Below, piece by piece: positions 37,233 through 46,822 of a stretch of DNA of 64,000 nucleotides; position 1 is the first letter of the stretch; each line of letters opens with the position of its first letter. Below the pieces are notes generated by a model. That model worked only from the letters and a program-made list of their open reading frames with translations. It was not told the origin of the DNA and did not search any database. The DNA is from a plasmid: the sequence record NZ_CP137560.1; one strand, given 5' to 3'. Made by a program: the position numbers and the translations under genes.

Positions 37233-39635
37233 TTGAACATGGGCATAAGCAAAGAACTTACAGAAGAGGACATCAAGTTCCGCTATATCAACGAAGCCAT
37301 CACAAGCAAGGGATGGTCAAAGGATAGTATATTCATGGAACAGAAGGTTAAATTTACTGACGGTAAAATTAGCCTTCATGGTAATCTTGTGCATAGAGAG
37401 AAACCGAAGTTTGCCGACTATGTACTTTATGCAAATAAGGCAACACCCATTGCTATTGTAGAAGCAAAGGATGCCAATCATTCTGTTTCTCATGGATTGC
37501 AACAAGCCATGACCTATGCCCAAATGCTTGATGTGAAGTTTGCATACAGTTCAAATGGTGAAGGTTTTGCCGAACATGACTTCTTGACAGGCAGGGAACG
37601 CACTTTTGCTATGAACGAATTTCCAACAAAAGAAGAACTTGTCGAAAGATATAAAAATGAGGCTAACGATGGAAACGGACTTAACGAACAAGAGCTGGCT
37701 ATTATAGAGCAGCCTTTTTGCACTGGTCAGAATATATTTCCGCCACGATATTATCAGCGCAATGCAGTAAACCGCACAGTTGGTGCCATTGCCAAAGGAC
37801 AAAACCGTGTGCTCCTTGTCATGGCAACTGGCACAGGCAAGACATATACTGCATTTCAGATTGTATGGCGTTTGCTTAAAAGTGGTTTGAAGAAGAAAGT
37901 GTTGTATCTTGCAGACCGAAACATATTGGTTGACCAATCCATACAGCAGGATTTCAAGCCATTAGAAAAGGTGACACACAAGATTGACTACTCAAAAGAT
38001 AAGAACCACTTGGAAGAACTTGGCTCTTATCAAGTGTTCTTTGCACTCTATCAACAGTTGATTGGACAGAATGATGCCAAAAACTATAAGGAGCTGTTTC
38101 CTAATCCAGACTATTTTGACCTTGTTATCGTTGATGAGTGTCATAGAGGTAGCGCAAAGGATGATAGCAACTGGCGAAACATCTTGGAATACTTTTCTTC
38201 GGCTACTCATATAGGTATGACTGCCACACCTAAAGAAACAAAATATCAGTCAAGTATTGGCTACTTTGGTGAACCAGTCTATACTTACAGTCTTAAAAAC
38301 GGAATTGAGGACGGTTTCCTTGCTCCTTTCAAGGTTATCAACATCACAACGAACATCGGTGACGAGTGGAGACCGACAAAGGGACAAAAGGATATATACG
38401 GCAACGAGATAGAAGACCGCATTTATAATAACAGCGACTATGATTATAACATTGTCATAGAAGATCGTATAAGGGAAGTTGCGAAAGAGATAACCAACTA
38501 TCTGAAAAGTACAGATCGCATGGCTAAGACCATAGTGTTCTGTGCTGATGAAACTCATGCGGAACGTATGCGTATGGCTTTGGCTAATGCCAATGCTGAC
38601 ATGTGCAAGAAAAATCCCGACTATGTGGTTCGTATAACTGGTAGTGACGAATACGGAAAAGGCAAGTTGGATTATTTCATTTCTGTTGCCGAGAAATATC
38701 CTGTCATAGCAACTACAAGTAAGTTGCTTTCAACAGGTGTTGATTGCAAAATGACAAAACTGATTGTGCTTGACCAACAAATCGGCTCTATGACAGAGTT
38801 CAAACAAATAATTGGTCGTGGCACTCGTCTTCGTGAGAAAGAAGGAAAGACATACTTCACAGTAATGGACTTCCGCAACGTAACACGATTGTTTGCTGAC
38901 CCTGATTGGGATGGACCGATTGAGATAGACCCGAATTATCCGCCTAAACCACATATTTGTCCTGTATGTGGACAGAATCCATGCGTGTGTCCCAAACCGA
39001 CACCAGAACCCTGCCCAGTATGTGGTCAGATACCATGTATTTGCCAACAACCGCCCAAACTGCCTAAGCCAATAGTCAACTCGGACGGTTGTACAGTAAA
39101 GGTCATTAACAAGGTCGTTTCTGTCTATGACACAAATGGTAAGTTGCTTCGCACGGAAAGCATTACCGACTATACAAAGAAAAGTATCATAGACACATAC
39201 GCTACGATTGATACATTCACTTCCAAGTGGCAAGAAACCAAGAAAAAGTCAGATATTGCTGAAATGCTTAAAGACAGTGGTATTGATCTTGCAGCATTGA
39301 AGCACGACCAAGACATGGACGATGTGGATGATTTCGATTTCATCTGCCATATAGCCTACGGCAAGAAAACACTTACACGACATGAGCGTGCCGAACAAGT
39401 GAAGAAACGAGACATATTCAGCAAGTATGGTGAACAGGCACGACTTGTGCTTGAAGCCCTGTTGGATAAGTACACCAAGGAAGGTGTGTCTGAATTGGAA
39501 AGCCTTACTGTGCTTGAAAATGACCCATTCCGCAAATTGGGCTCAAAGGCAAACATCGTGAAGTTCTTTGGTGGCAAGCAAGGCTATCTTGATGCCGTAA
39601 AGGAACTGGAACAATACATATATAATATAGCATAA
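37233..39635 (+). CDS. hsdR: Type I restriction enzyme R subunit (HsdR), with Cys-rich tandem insert
   Basis: N-terminal PD-(D/E)xK region (ADYVLY...IAIVEAKD), helicase motifs (MATGTGKT, VIVDECHRG), and location upstream of hsdM. Confidence 0.85.
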   Translation: MNMGISKELTEEDIKFRYINEAITSKGWSKDSIFMEQKVKFTDGKISLHGNLVHREKPKFADYVLYANKATPIAIVEAKDANHSVSHGLQQAMTYAQMLDVKFAYSSNGEGFAEHDFLTGRERTFAMNEFPTKEELVERYKNEANDGNGLNEQELAIIEQPFCTGQNIFPPRYYQRNAVNRTVGAIAKGQNRVLLVMATGTGKTYTAFQIVWRLLKSGLKKKVLYLADRNILVDQSIQQDFKPLEKVTHKIDYSKDKNHLEELGSYQVFFALYQQLIGQNDAKNYKELFPNPDYFDLVIVDECHRGSAKDDSNWRNILEYFSSATHIGMTATPKETKYQSSIGYFGEPVYTYSLKNGIEDGFLAPFKVINITTNIGDEWRPTKGQKDIYGNEIEDRIYNNSDYDYNIVIEDRIREVAKEITNYLKSTDRMAKTIVFCADETHAERMRMALANANADMCKKNPDYVVRITGSDEYGKGKLDYFISVAEKYPVIATTSKLLSTGVDCKMTKLIVLDQQIGSMTEFKQIIGRGTRLREKEGKTYFTVMDFRNVTRLFADPDWDGPIEIDPNYPPKPHICPVCGQNPCVCPKPTPEPCPVCGQIPCICQQPPKLPKPIVNSDGCTVKVINKVVSVYDTNGKLLRTESITDYTKKSIIDTYATIDTFTSKWQETKKKSDIAEMLKDSGIDLAALKHDQDMDDVDDFDFICHIAYGKKTLTRHERAEQVKKRDIFSKYGEQARLVLEALLDKYTKEGVSELESLTVLENDPFRKLGSKANIVKFFGGKQGYLDAVKELEQYIYNIA

Positions 39636-39649
39636 AATAGAAACAAAAT

Positions 39650-41161
39650 ATGAGTTTATCAAATTTCGTAAAACGAGTACGCAATATAATGCGCAATGAT
39701 GCCGGTATCAACGGTGATGCGCAACGCATAGAACAAATGGCGTGGATGCTGTTTTTGAAAGTCTATGACGAGAAAGAGAATGACTGGGAGTTGGACGATG
39801 ATGATTACAAGTCTATTATTCCAGAAGAATGCCGTTGGCGCAACTGGGCGCATGACGATGGAAGCGGTAAAGCCTTGACTGGTGATGAGCTACTTTCGTT
39901 TGTCAACAACACATTGTTTGTGGAACTCAAAAACATAGAGATAACACCAACTACCCCTATCCGTCAGGCGATTGTAAAGACCACATTTGAGGATGCCAAC
40001 CAATATATGAAAGACGGAGTTCAACTTCGTCAAGTGCTGAATGTGATTGACGGTTTGAACCTTGGTGACTATGAGGAAAGTCATGCTTTCGGTGAGATAT
40101 ACGAGACTATTCTCAAAGAAATGCAGTCGGCTGGTTCTTCTGGTGAGTTCTACACCCCAAGAGCCTTAACCGAATTTATGGCAGAGATAGTCAATCCGCA
40201 GATTGGTGAGAAAATGGCAGACTTCGCTTGTGGTACAGGAGGTTTCATCACAAGTTGGTTGGGTGAATTGGACAAGAAGGTAAAGACTGCAGAAGACCGC
40301 AAAGAGTACAATCAGTCTGTATTTGGCATAGAAAAGAAACAGTTCCCATATATGTTATGTGTAACAAACCTGTTGCTGCATGGCATTGATACACCATTGG
40401 TATATCACGACAACTCGCTTACAAAAGATGTACTCAACTATACAGACGGAGACAAGTTTGATGTTGTGTTGATGAACCCACCATACGGTGGTAACGAGAA
40501 ATCGGATGTCAAGTCACACTTCCCTTCAGATATGCGCAGTAGCGAGACTGCCGACCTCTTCATGGTGCTTATCATGTATCGCTTGAAGAAGAATGGTCGT
40601 GCAGCGGTCATTGTCCCAGACGGTTTCCTGTTTGGAGCAGACAACACAAAGATAGCCATCAAGACCAAGCTGCTTAGAGATTTCAACTTGCATACCATTA
40701 TCCGTTTGCCAGGCAGCATCTTTGCGCCCTACACTTCCATTGCCACGAACATTCTATTCTTCGACAATACCAGTGCGGAGGGTGCTCCAGAGGGCTATTC
40801 TACAAAGGAAACGTGGTTCTATCGTTTGGATATGCCAGAGGGTTACAAGCATTTCTCCAAGACAAAGTCCATGAAGTCGGAACATTGCGACCCAATCCGT
40901 GAGTGGTGGAACGACCGTAAGGAGATTATTATTGCTGATGGTGACGAGAAATCTCGTTGCTATTCAGTTGAAGACCTTATCGCCACCGATTGCAACTTCG
41001 ACTTGTGCAAGTTCCCGAAAGAGGATGAAGAAATCTTGCCTCCTGCCGAACTGCTTGCCGACTATTTCAAGAAGCGCAAAGCTCTTGATCATGAAATTGA
41101 TAAGACATTGGCGGAGATACAGCGTATCTTGGGAATAAATGTAAATGTGGACGAATTGTAA
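39650..41161 (+). CDS. hsdM: Type I R-M N6-adenine DNA methyltransferase (HsdM)
   Basis: NPPYGG motif and AdoMet-binding region FACGTGGF. Confidence 0.9.
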   Translation: MSLSNFVKRVRNIMRNDAGINGDAQRIEQMAWMLFLKVYDEKENDWELDDDDYKSIIPEECRWRNWAHDDGSGKALTGDELLSFVNNTLFVELKNIEITPTTPIRQAIVKTTFEDANQYMKDGVQLRQVLNVIDGLNLGDYEESHAFGEIYETILKEMQSAGSSGEFYTPRALTEFMAEIVNPQIGEKMADFACGTGGFITSWLGELDKKVKTAEDRKEYNQSVFGIEKKQFPYMLCVTNLLLHGIDTPLVYHDNSLTKDVLNYTDGDKFDVVLMNPPYGGNEKSDVKSHFPSDMRSSETADLFMVLIMYRLKKNGRAAVIVPDGFLFGADNTKIAIKTKLLRDFNLHTIIRLPGSIFAPYTSIATNILFFDNTSAEGAPEGYSTKETWFYRLDMPEGYKHFSKTKSMKSEHCDPIREWWNDRKEIIIADGDEKSRCYSVEDLIATDCNFDLCKFPKEDEEILPPAELLADYFKKRKALDHEIDKTLAEIQRILGINVNVDEL

Positions 41162-41198
41162 AATGTGGAACGGTGTTCCACAAATCTAAAAGATTGGC

Positions 41199-42224
41199 AT
41201 GGAGAATAAAGGTTTGACAAACATAAATGATGCTGCCTATCAGAAGTTGATAGACAACATAACCACGCTATGGGGTGAGGCGAAGTCAAAAGCCATTGCT
41301 GCGGTCAATACGGAATTGCTTGATGCCAACTGGCAAACAGGAAAGTATATTGTTGAATTTGAACAGGGTGGTAAACAAAGAGCAGAATATGGCAAAAGGT
41401 TACTTGTAAACCTTGCAAAGGATTTGACAGCAAGAAACGGAAAAGGTTTTAACCGAACAAACCTTACCTATATGCGCAAGTTGTACTTGGCTTTCCCAAA
41501 ATGTGGGACACTGTCCCACAAATTGACATGGAGCCATTATTATGAACTGTTGAAGTGTGATAATGCGCTTGAAATGCAGTTCTATTATAAGGAATCCATC
41601 AAGGAATGTTGGAAAGTTAGGGAACTAAAAAGACAGATGAAAAGTTGTCTGTTTCAGCGACTTGCACTAAGCACAGACAAGGCTGGAGTTCTTTCTTTGG
41701 CAAACGAGGGGCATCAAGTACAAACACCGCAAGACATCATCCGTGACCCTTTCGTGCTTGAATTTGCAGGACTTCCCAAACAGAAACGCTATAAGGAGAG
41801 TGACTTAGAAAAGGCTCTTAAAGACCACATGGAGCAGTTCCTTTTGGAAATGGGACGTGGTTTTGCATTTGTGGGCAGACAATACTCCATGCAGATAGGA
41901 AGCCGACAGTTCAAGGTGGATTTGGTGTTCTACCACTGTATCTTGAAGTGCTATGTGTTGATTGATTTGAAGCGAGCAGAGATAAAGCATGGTGATATTG
42001 GGCAGATGAACCTCTACTTGAACTACTTCAAAACAGAAGTGTGTCAACCTGACGATAATCCACCCATTGGCATAGTTTTGGGAGCAAGAAAAGACGAACT
42101 TCTGATGGAGTATGCCTTGGAAGGCATAACCAATCAATTGTTTGTAGCACGTTACCAACTCTATTTGCCAAAGCGTGAAGAACTGCAAGCGCAACTTGAC
42201 AAATTATTGGACGAAGCAGAGTAA
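41199..42224 (+). CDS. DUF1016/YhcG-like PD-(D/E)xK protein embedded in R-M operon
   Basis: Putative nuclease-like motif VDLVFYHCILKCYVLIDLKRAEIKHGDIGQ. Typical placement between hsdM and hsdS. Confidence 0.6.
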   Translation: MENKGLTNINDAAYQKLIDNITTLWGEAKSKAIAAVNTELLDANWQTGKYIVEFEQGGKQRAEYGKRLLVNLAKDLTARNGKGFNRTNLTYMRKLYLAFPKCGTLSHKLTWSHYYELLKCDNALEMQFYYKESIKECWKVRELKRQMKSCLFQRLALSTDKAGVLSLANEGHQVQTPQDIIRDPFVLEFAGLPKQKRYKESDLEKALKDHMEQFLLEMGRGFAFVGRQYSMQIGSRQFKVDLVFYHCILKCYVLIDLKRAEIKHGDIGQMNLYLNYFKTEVCQPDDNPPIGIVLGARKDELLMEYALEGITNQLFVARYQLYLPKREELQAQLDKLLDEAE

Positions 42225-42264
42225 CAACAATAAAATAAGGACATTTCGATTTTATAGAATAATT

Positions 42265-42771
42265 ATGAAAAGTAACATTGGAATACTAATCATTTTGTCT
42301 ATTGTACTGACTATGTGCAGTATCAATATAAATGCACAAACGGTTGGATATACATATCGACCTTTGGCTGCCGAGGGATGCAATATGAAATATAGCGTTG
42401 CAAAGCAAGATACGGCATATTACATTATCGCAACCGTAAAGTCAGACAGACTGAATTTCCTGAAAGAATCAACCATGTTGTTGAAAACATTCGATGGTGA
42501 AGTTATTAAACTTTATGGTTCTCAGATTGGTAGCGGTTCCGAAACGGCAGGTATTGTTTCTGGCAATATAGTCCTTCCAGTGACAGAAATCAGTTCTACA
42601 GCTCAATTCAAGATAAGTCCACAACAATTTGAGTTGTTGAAAAAAGGCGTGGCTAAGATAAGGTTATCTACCATACCTATTGAGCATGAGCGGACATTTG
42701 CCAAAGATAAAATAGGCAAGAAACTTTATCAGTTCTTCTTGAAGCAGAAGAATAAGGACAATGATTTCTAA
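42265..42771 (+). CDS. exported/lipoprotein-like protein of unknown function (~168 aa)
   Basis: Signal peptide MKSNIGILIILSIVLTMCSININAQ. AT-rich gene sitting between the DUF1016 gene and hsdS. Confidence 0.45.
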   Translation: MKSNIGILIILSIVLTMCSININAQTVGYTYRPLAAEGCNMKYSVAKQDTAYYIIATVKSDRLNFLKESTMLLKTFDGEVIKLYGSQIGSGSETAGIVSGNIVLPVTEISSTAQFKISPQQFELLKKGVAKIRLSTIPIEHERTFAKDKIGKKLYQFFLKQKNKDNDF

Positions 42772-42786
42772 CGATAGAAAATTACA

Positions 42787-44343
42787 ATGAACGGAAAGCA
42801 ATTAAAGAATAGCATATTACAATGGGCGATACAGGGAAAACTTGTGCCGCAAGACCCTAATGACGAACCAGCAAGCGTTTTGCTTGATAAGATTCGCCAA
42901 GAGAAAGAACGCTTGATCAAGGAGAAGAAAATCAAGCGTGACAAGAACGCATCCATTATCTACCGTGGTGAGGACAATTCCTATTATGAGAAGATGCTCG
43001 CCACAGGGGAGGTGAAGTGCATAGATGAGGAAGTGGCGTTTGATATACCACAGGGGTGGGAATGGACTCGTATAGGCAATATATTCAACCATACAAGCGG
43101 AAAGCAACAGAGTAGTAGCAATAAAGGTGGTGGAACCCCACAAAAGTTCATAACGACCTCTAATCTATATTGGGGACACTTTATCCTTGATAATGTAAAG
43201 GTTATGAATTTTACTGACGAAGAGATTAAGACTTGTTCGGCTACAAAAGGAGATTTGCTTGTTTGTGAAGGTGGTGCTGGTTATGGACGTTCAGCAATAT
43301 GGAATGAAGATTATGATATTTGTCTTCAAAATCATGTTCATAGATTGCGTCCGTGTGTTAGCGGCATATGTGAATATGTATATCATTTCATTTACCTATT
43401 GAAAGAAAGCAACAATTTGGCATCTGTTGGAACTGCCATGCCTGGACTGTCTGCAAATCGTTTGAAAGGATTACTTTTGCCTTTTCCACCTCTATCAGAA
43501 CAAAGAAGAATTGTGGCAAAGTTAGCTGAACTATTACCACAAATAGAGAAATATAATAATGTTCAGAACAAATTGGACGAACTGAACACTACTATAAAGG
43601 ATTGTCTTAAAAAGAGCATCTTACAAGAGGCAATACAAGGTAAGCTCGTTCCGCAACTTGCAGAAGAAGGCACAGCGCAAGAACTGCTTGAACAAATAAA
43701 GACAGAGAAGCAGAAACTCGTTAAAGAGGGCAAACTAAAGAAGTCTGCCCTCAAAGATTCCGTTATCTTCAAAGGTGACGATAACAAGTATTGGGAGAAG
43801 TCAACTGAATGTATGGAGTGTATTGACGATAAAATTCCATTTGAAATACCTTCAACATGGTGTTGGGTTAGGCACAATCAATTGTTTGAAATATCAGGCG
43901 GTTCACAGCCTCCTAAATCTCAGTTTGTTGATAGTCCTAAATCAGGATATATAAGACTGTATCAAATCAGAGATTATGGTTCAAATCCTATGCCTGTTTA
44001 TATACCACAAGAAAAAGCAAATAAAATAACAAAAGAAGGTGATATTATATTAGCAAGGTATGGCGGTTCTTTAGGTAAAGTCTTTTGGGCTAAAGATGGA
44101 GCATATAATGTAGCGATGGCAAAGGTAATTCCTCTTTTTGACTCTGAGTTCGTGAACAAACAGTATTTATTCTTGTTTTATCAGTCAAGCATATACCAAT
44201 ATTTAGTAAAAGATCATTCTAGAAGTGCCCAAGCAGGATTTAACAAAGACGATTTGAAGGATTTGTTTTTTCCATTGCCTCCTTTAGAGGAACAATCTCG
44301 AATTGTTGAAATATACAAGTCTGTAACAAGTATTATGAGTTGA
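42787..44343 (+). CDS. hsdS: Type I R-M specificity subunit (HsdS), expressed copy with two target-recognition domains
   Basis: Conserved repeats SILQ(W/E)AIQGKLVPQ... flanking two variable domains; C-terminal LPLPPLEEQSRIVE. Confidence 0.85.
   Translation: MNGKQLKNSILQWAIQGKLVPQDPNDEPASVLLDKIRQEKERLIKEKKIKRDKNASIIYRGEDNSYYEKMLATGEVKCIDEEVAFDIPQGWEWTRIGNIFNHTSGKQQSSSNKGGGTPQKFITTSNLYWGHFILDNVKVMNFTDEEIKTCSATKGDLLVCEGGAGYGRSAIWNEDYDICLQNHVHRLRPCVSGICEYVYHFIYLLKESNNLASVGTAMPGLSANRLKGLLLPFPPLSEQRRIVAKLAELLPQIEKYNNVQNKLDELNTTIKDCLKKSILQEAIQGKLVPQLAEEGTAQELLEQIKTEKQKLVKEGKLKKSALKDSVIFKGDDNKYWEKSTECMECIDDKIPFEIPSTWCWVRHNQLFEISGGSQPPKSQFVDSPKSGYIRLYQIRDYGSNPMPVYIPQEKANKITKEGDIILARYGGSLGKVFWAKDGAYNVAMAKVIPLFDSEFVNKQYLFLFYQSSIYQYLVKDHSRSAQAGFNKDDLKDLFFPLPPLEEQSRIVEIYKSVTSIMS
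43729..43770 (+). repeat. 42-nt exact inverted repeat (arm 1) in hsdS central conserved region
   Basis: GGCAAACTAAAGAAGTCTGCCCTCAAAGATTCCGTTATCTTC. The reverse complement occurs at 45971-46012. Confidence 0.85.
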
Positions 44344-44930
44344 TAGACAACAGCCCTGTTTGTATAGACGAGTTTTTGCCGTTCCAAATACCCGAAACAT
44401 GGGCTTGGTGCAAGGTCAAAGACCTGTTGGAAATACAAACAGGGGCTTCGTTCAAAAAAGAACAAGTAAACGCAAATAAAAAAGGCATTAGAATATTGCG
44501 TGGGGAAAATATTTTGCCCAATAAGTATATATTCAAAAATAATGATGTATTTGTGTCAGATGAGTTTGTCAATACGAATACCCTTCTGAAGAAGAATTGC
44601 ATCATTACTCCTGCTGTAACCAGTTTGGAGAATATTGGTAAAATGGCTGTGATAGAAAAAGACTACAATAATGTTAGTGCTGGCGGTTTTGTATTCATCT
44701 TTAGCCCATACATTCAAGACTTTAATCACTCCTTGTTACTTGCGTATTTTCTTCAAAGTCCATTTCTGATAGAGGCTATGCGAGGAATAACCAAGAAGTC
44801 TGGTGCTGCTTTTTATAATCTTGGGAAAGAACGACTGAAAGAGCTGTATCTACCATTGCCTCCAATGGCAGAACAAAGTAGAGTAGTAGCCAAAATAAAA
44901 GAGGTTTTATCAAGTATTATGAGCAGATAG
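44340..44930 (+). CDS. silent hsdS half-gene (single TRD + conserved C-terminal helix)
   Basis: Begins at the CIDE.LPF.IP..W.W junction motif and ends LPLPPMAEQSRVVAKIKEVLSSIMSR. Overlaps the hsdS stop. Confidence 0.7.
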   Translation: MIDNSPVCIDEFLPFQIPETWAWCKVKDLLEIQTGASFKKEQVNANKKGIRILRGENILPNKYIFKNNDVFVSDEFVNTNTLLKKNCIITPAVTSLENIGKMAVIEKDYNNVSAGGFVFIFSPYIQDFNHSLLLAYFLQSPFLIEAMRGITKKSGAAFYNLGKERLKELYLPLPPMAEQSRVVAKIKEVLSSIMSR

Positions 44931-45022
44931 GGAGCGAAATAACTGAGATTGACCTTCCTTTTGAGTTTCCAAGTTCTTGGTCTATTGCTCGATTAAATGC
45001 AGTTTGCCAACTTACAGACGGC

Positions 45023-45415
45023 TTGAAAACCACAGGCAAGCAGTGCTTGTTAGATGCTAAATACTTACGTGGTAAAAGTTCTGAAACTATTCTAGAACAT
45101 GGTAAATTTGTATATAAAGGTGACAATATAATGCTTGTGGACGGTGAAAACTCTGGTGAAGTTTTCATCGTTCCACAAGACGGTTATATGGGTAGTACTT
45201 TCAAGCAATTATGGATAAGTTCCTCTATGTACGAACCTTATATTTTGGCTTTCATACAGTTCTACAAAGAAACTTTGCGCAATTCTAAGAAAGGTGCAGC
45301 TATACCACACCTCAACAAGGAATTGTTTTATGGGCTTATTATTGGTATTCCGCCACTACAAGAGCAGAAAAGAATCTTCCAAAAGATAGAGGATTCATCA
45401 CAATTGCTCAAATAG
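45023..45415 (+). CDS. second silent hsdS TRD cassette (open frame probably extends 5' to ~44933, without a start codon)
   Basis: Ends GIPPLQEQKRIFQKIEDS. Preceded by the EIDLPFEFPSSW junction motif in frame. Confidence 0.6.
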   Translation: MKTTGKQCLLDAKYLRGKSSETILEHGKFVYKGDNIMLVDGENSGEVFIVPQDGYMGSTFKQLWISSSMYEPYILAFIQFYKETLRNSKKGAAIPHLNKELFYGLIIGIPPLQEQKRIFQKIEDSSQLLK

Positions 45416-46762
45416 AGTTTCAATTCTTTCGACAATGCGTTTCTGCTCATTTAAAGGAGGTAAAGGTATCAAGTGCTCAACTAATTTGACACGTGATATG
45501 TTTGGTTGGGCACCACCTTCACCTTTCTTGATAAATGTATCTCGACTTGCCATTAAGAAATAAAACAAGAACCAATTATAAACAATATAGGGAGTACAGC
45601 CACAACACGCTTGATTGGTAGTTAATTCCTTGCCTACAATAGCCAACTTTCCTATTGTAGCTCCATACATAGCAATAAGAACGTCACCTATTTTATTCAT
45701 ACGTAGAGAGCATTCTTGAAAAGCTCTCTGCGTTATTCTTTCTTCAGTATCACATATGACACCATTGTTCAACTCCCCTGTTTTAAGCCACAAAATATTG
45801 CCTCCATAATAATCTTGGTTGCTGCGCTGAGGTGTAGAACCTGCGCCCCAATCTCCAATCTGTCCCATTCTTGTCCAAGTCCAACTATTAGGGATTTCAA
45901 AGGGAATTAGCTCTGTTATATCCAAGCATTTTTTGCCTATCTGCTCATAATACTTGTTATCGTCACCACGGAAGATAACGGAATCTTTGAGGGCAGACTT
46001 CTTTAGTTTGCCCCCTTTTACGAGTTTCAGCTTTTCTTCTTTTATCTGTTTGAGCAGATCTTGGGCTGTACCTTCTTCGGCAATTTGCGGAACGAGTTTG
46101 CCTTGGATGGCTTCTTGCAGAATAGCCTTCTTCAAGCGTTGGTACATATTAGAATTTAACTTATTAAGTTCTTCTTGCTTATTGCTGTAAATACCAAGAA
46201 AATGTGTTAACTCTGTAATGTTCGCAACAATTCTTTCCTGTTCATTTATTGGTGGTAAAGGGAACAACAAAGTTTCCCAATTACCCCTATTGATTATAGG
46301 GGTTGCTGTTCCTGTAGCCTTATCCATTATTGCCAACCTAAAGTATTCTGAATGCAAAACTATATGGACAAACTCCACATTACACAAATAGGGCGTTATA
46401 GAATTTATCTGCTGATTAAAAGTAACAGGCTTGTCTGTTATGGCGCATTTACCAATAGAACCTCCAATGCAGACTTGCAAAATAGTATTCTTTGGTACAA
46501 TACGCCCATAATCAACTCCAATATCTGACAATCCCTGTGTTACACTTACAATTTTGGAATTTAGTATGTTTGCAGGACCTAAAAATGGAATATAATCACC
46601 AAAGTATTCAGGATGAGATTTGGATGGTGTTGTACCTGTTTCTGTTTTTCCAACCTCAACTAATCTACACCATTCCCACCCCTGGGGTACCTCAAACGGT
46701 ATCTCCTCATCAATACATTTCACCTTCCCCGTAGCAAGCCACTTCTCATAATAGGAACTCAT
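45398..46762 (-). CDS. inverted hsdS copy (two TRDs), 5'-truncated relative to the expressed hsdS
   Basis: Starts within the conserved SYYEKWLATGKVKCIDEEIPFEVPQGWEW region. Contains the conserved central repeat ILQEAIQGKLVPQIAEEGTAQDLLKQIKEEKLKLVKGGKLKKSALKDSVIF. Confidence 0.8.
   Translation of the reverse strand: MSSYYEKWLATGKVKCIDEEIPFEVPQGWEWCRLVEVGKTETGTTPSKSHPEYFGDYIPFLGPANILNSKIVSVTQGLSDIGVDYGRIVPKNTILQVCIGGSIGKCAITDKPVTFNQQINSITPYLCNVEFVHIVLHSEYFRLAIMDKATGTATPIINRGNWETLLFPLPPINEQERIVANITELTHFLGIYSNKQEELNKLNSNMYQRLKKAILQEAIQGKLVPQIAEEGTAQDLLKQIKEEKLKLVKGGKLKKSALKDSVIFRGDDNKYYEQIGKKCLDITELIPFEIPNSWTWTRMGQIGDWGAGSTPQRSNQDYYGGNILWLKTGELNNGVICDTEERITQRAFQECSLRMNKIGDVLIAMYGATIGKLAIVGKELTTNQACCGCTPYIVYNWFLFYFLMASRDTFIKKGEGGAQPNISRVKLVEHLIPLPPLNEQKRIVERIETLFEQL
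45971..46012 (-). repeat. 42-nt exact inverted repeat (arm 2)
   Basis: Reverse complement of 43729-43770. A second, ~80% identical inverted pair covers the N-terminal conserved regions (~42990-43075 vs ~46665-46750). Confidence 0.85.
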
Positions 46763-46822
46763 AGAACAAATCCATGCCTATTTATTAGGACAACTTAATG
46801 TTTCACTAATAAACGAATAGAA

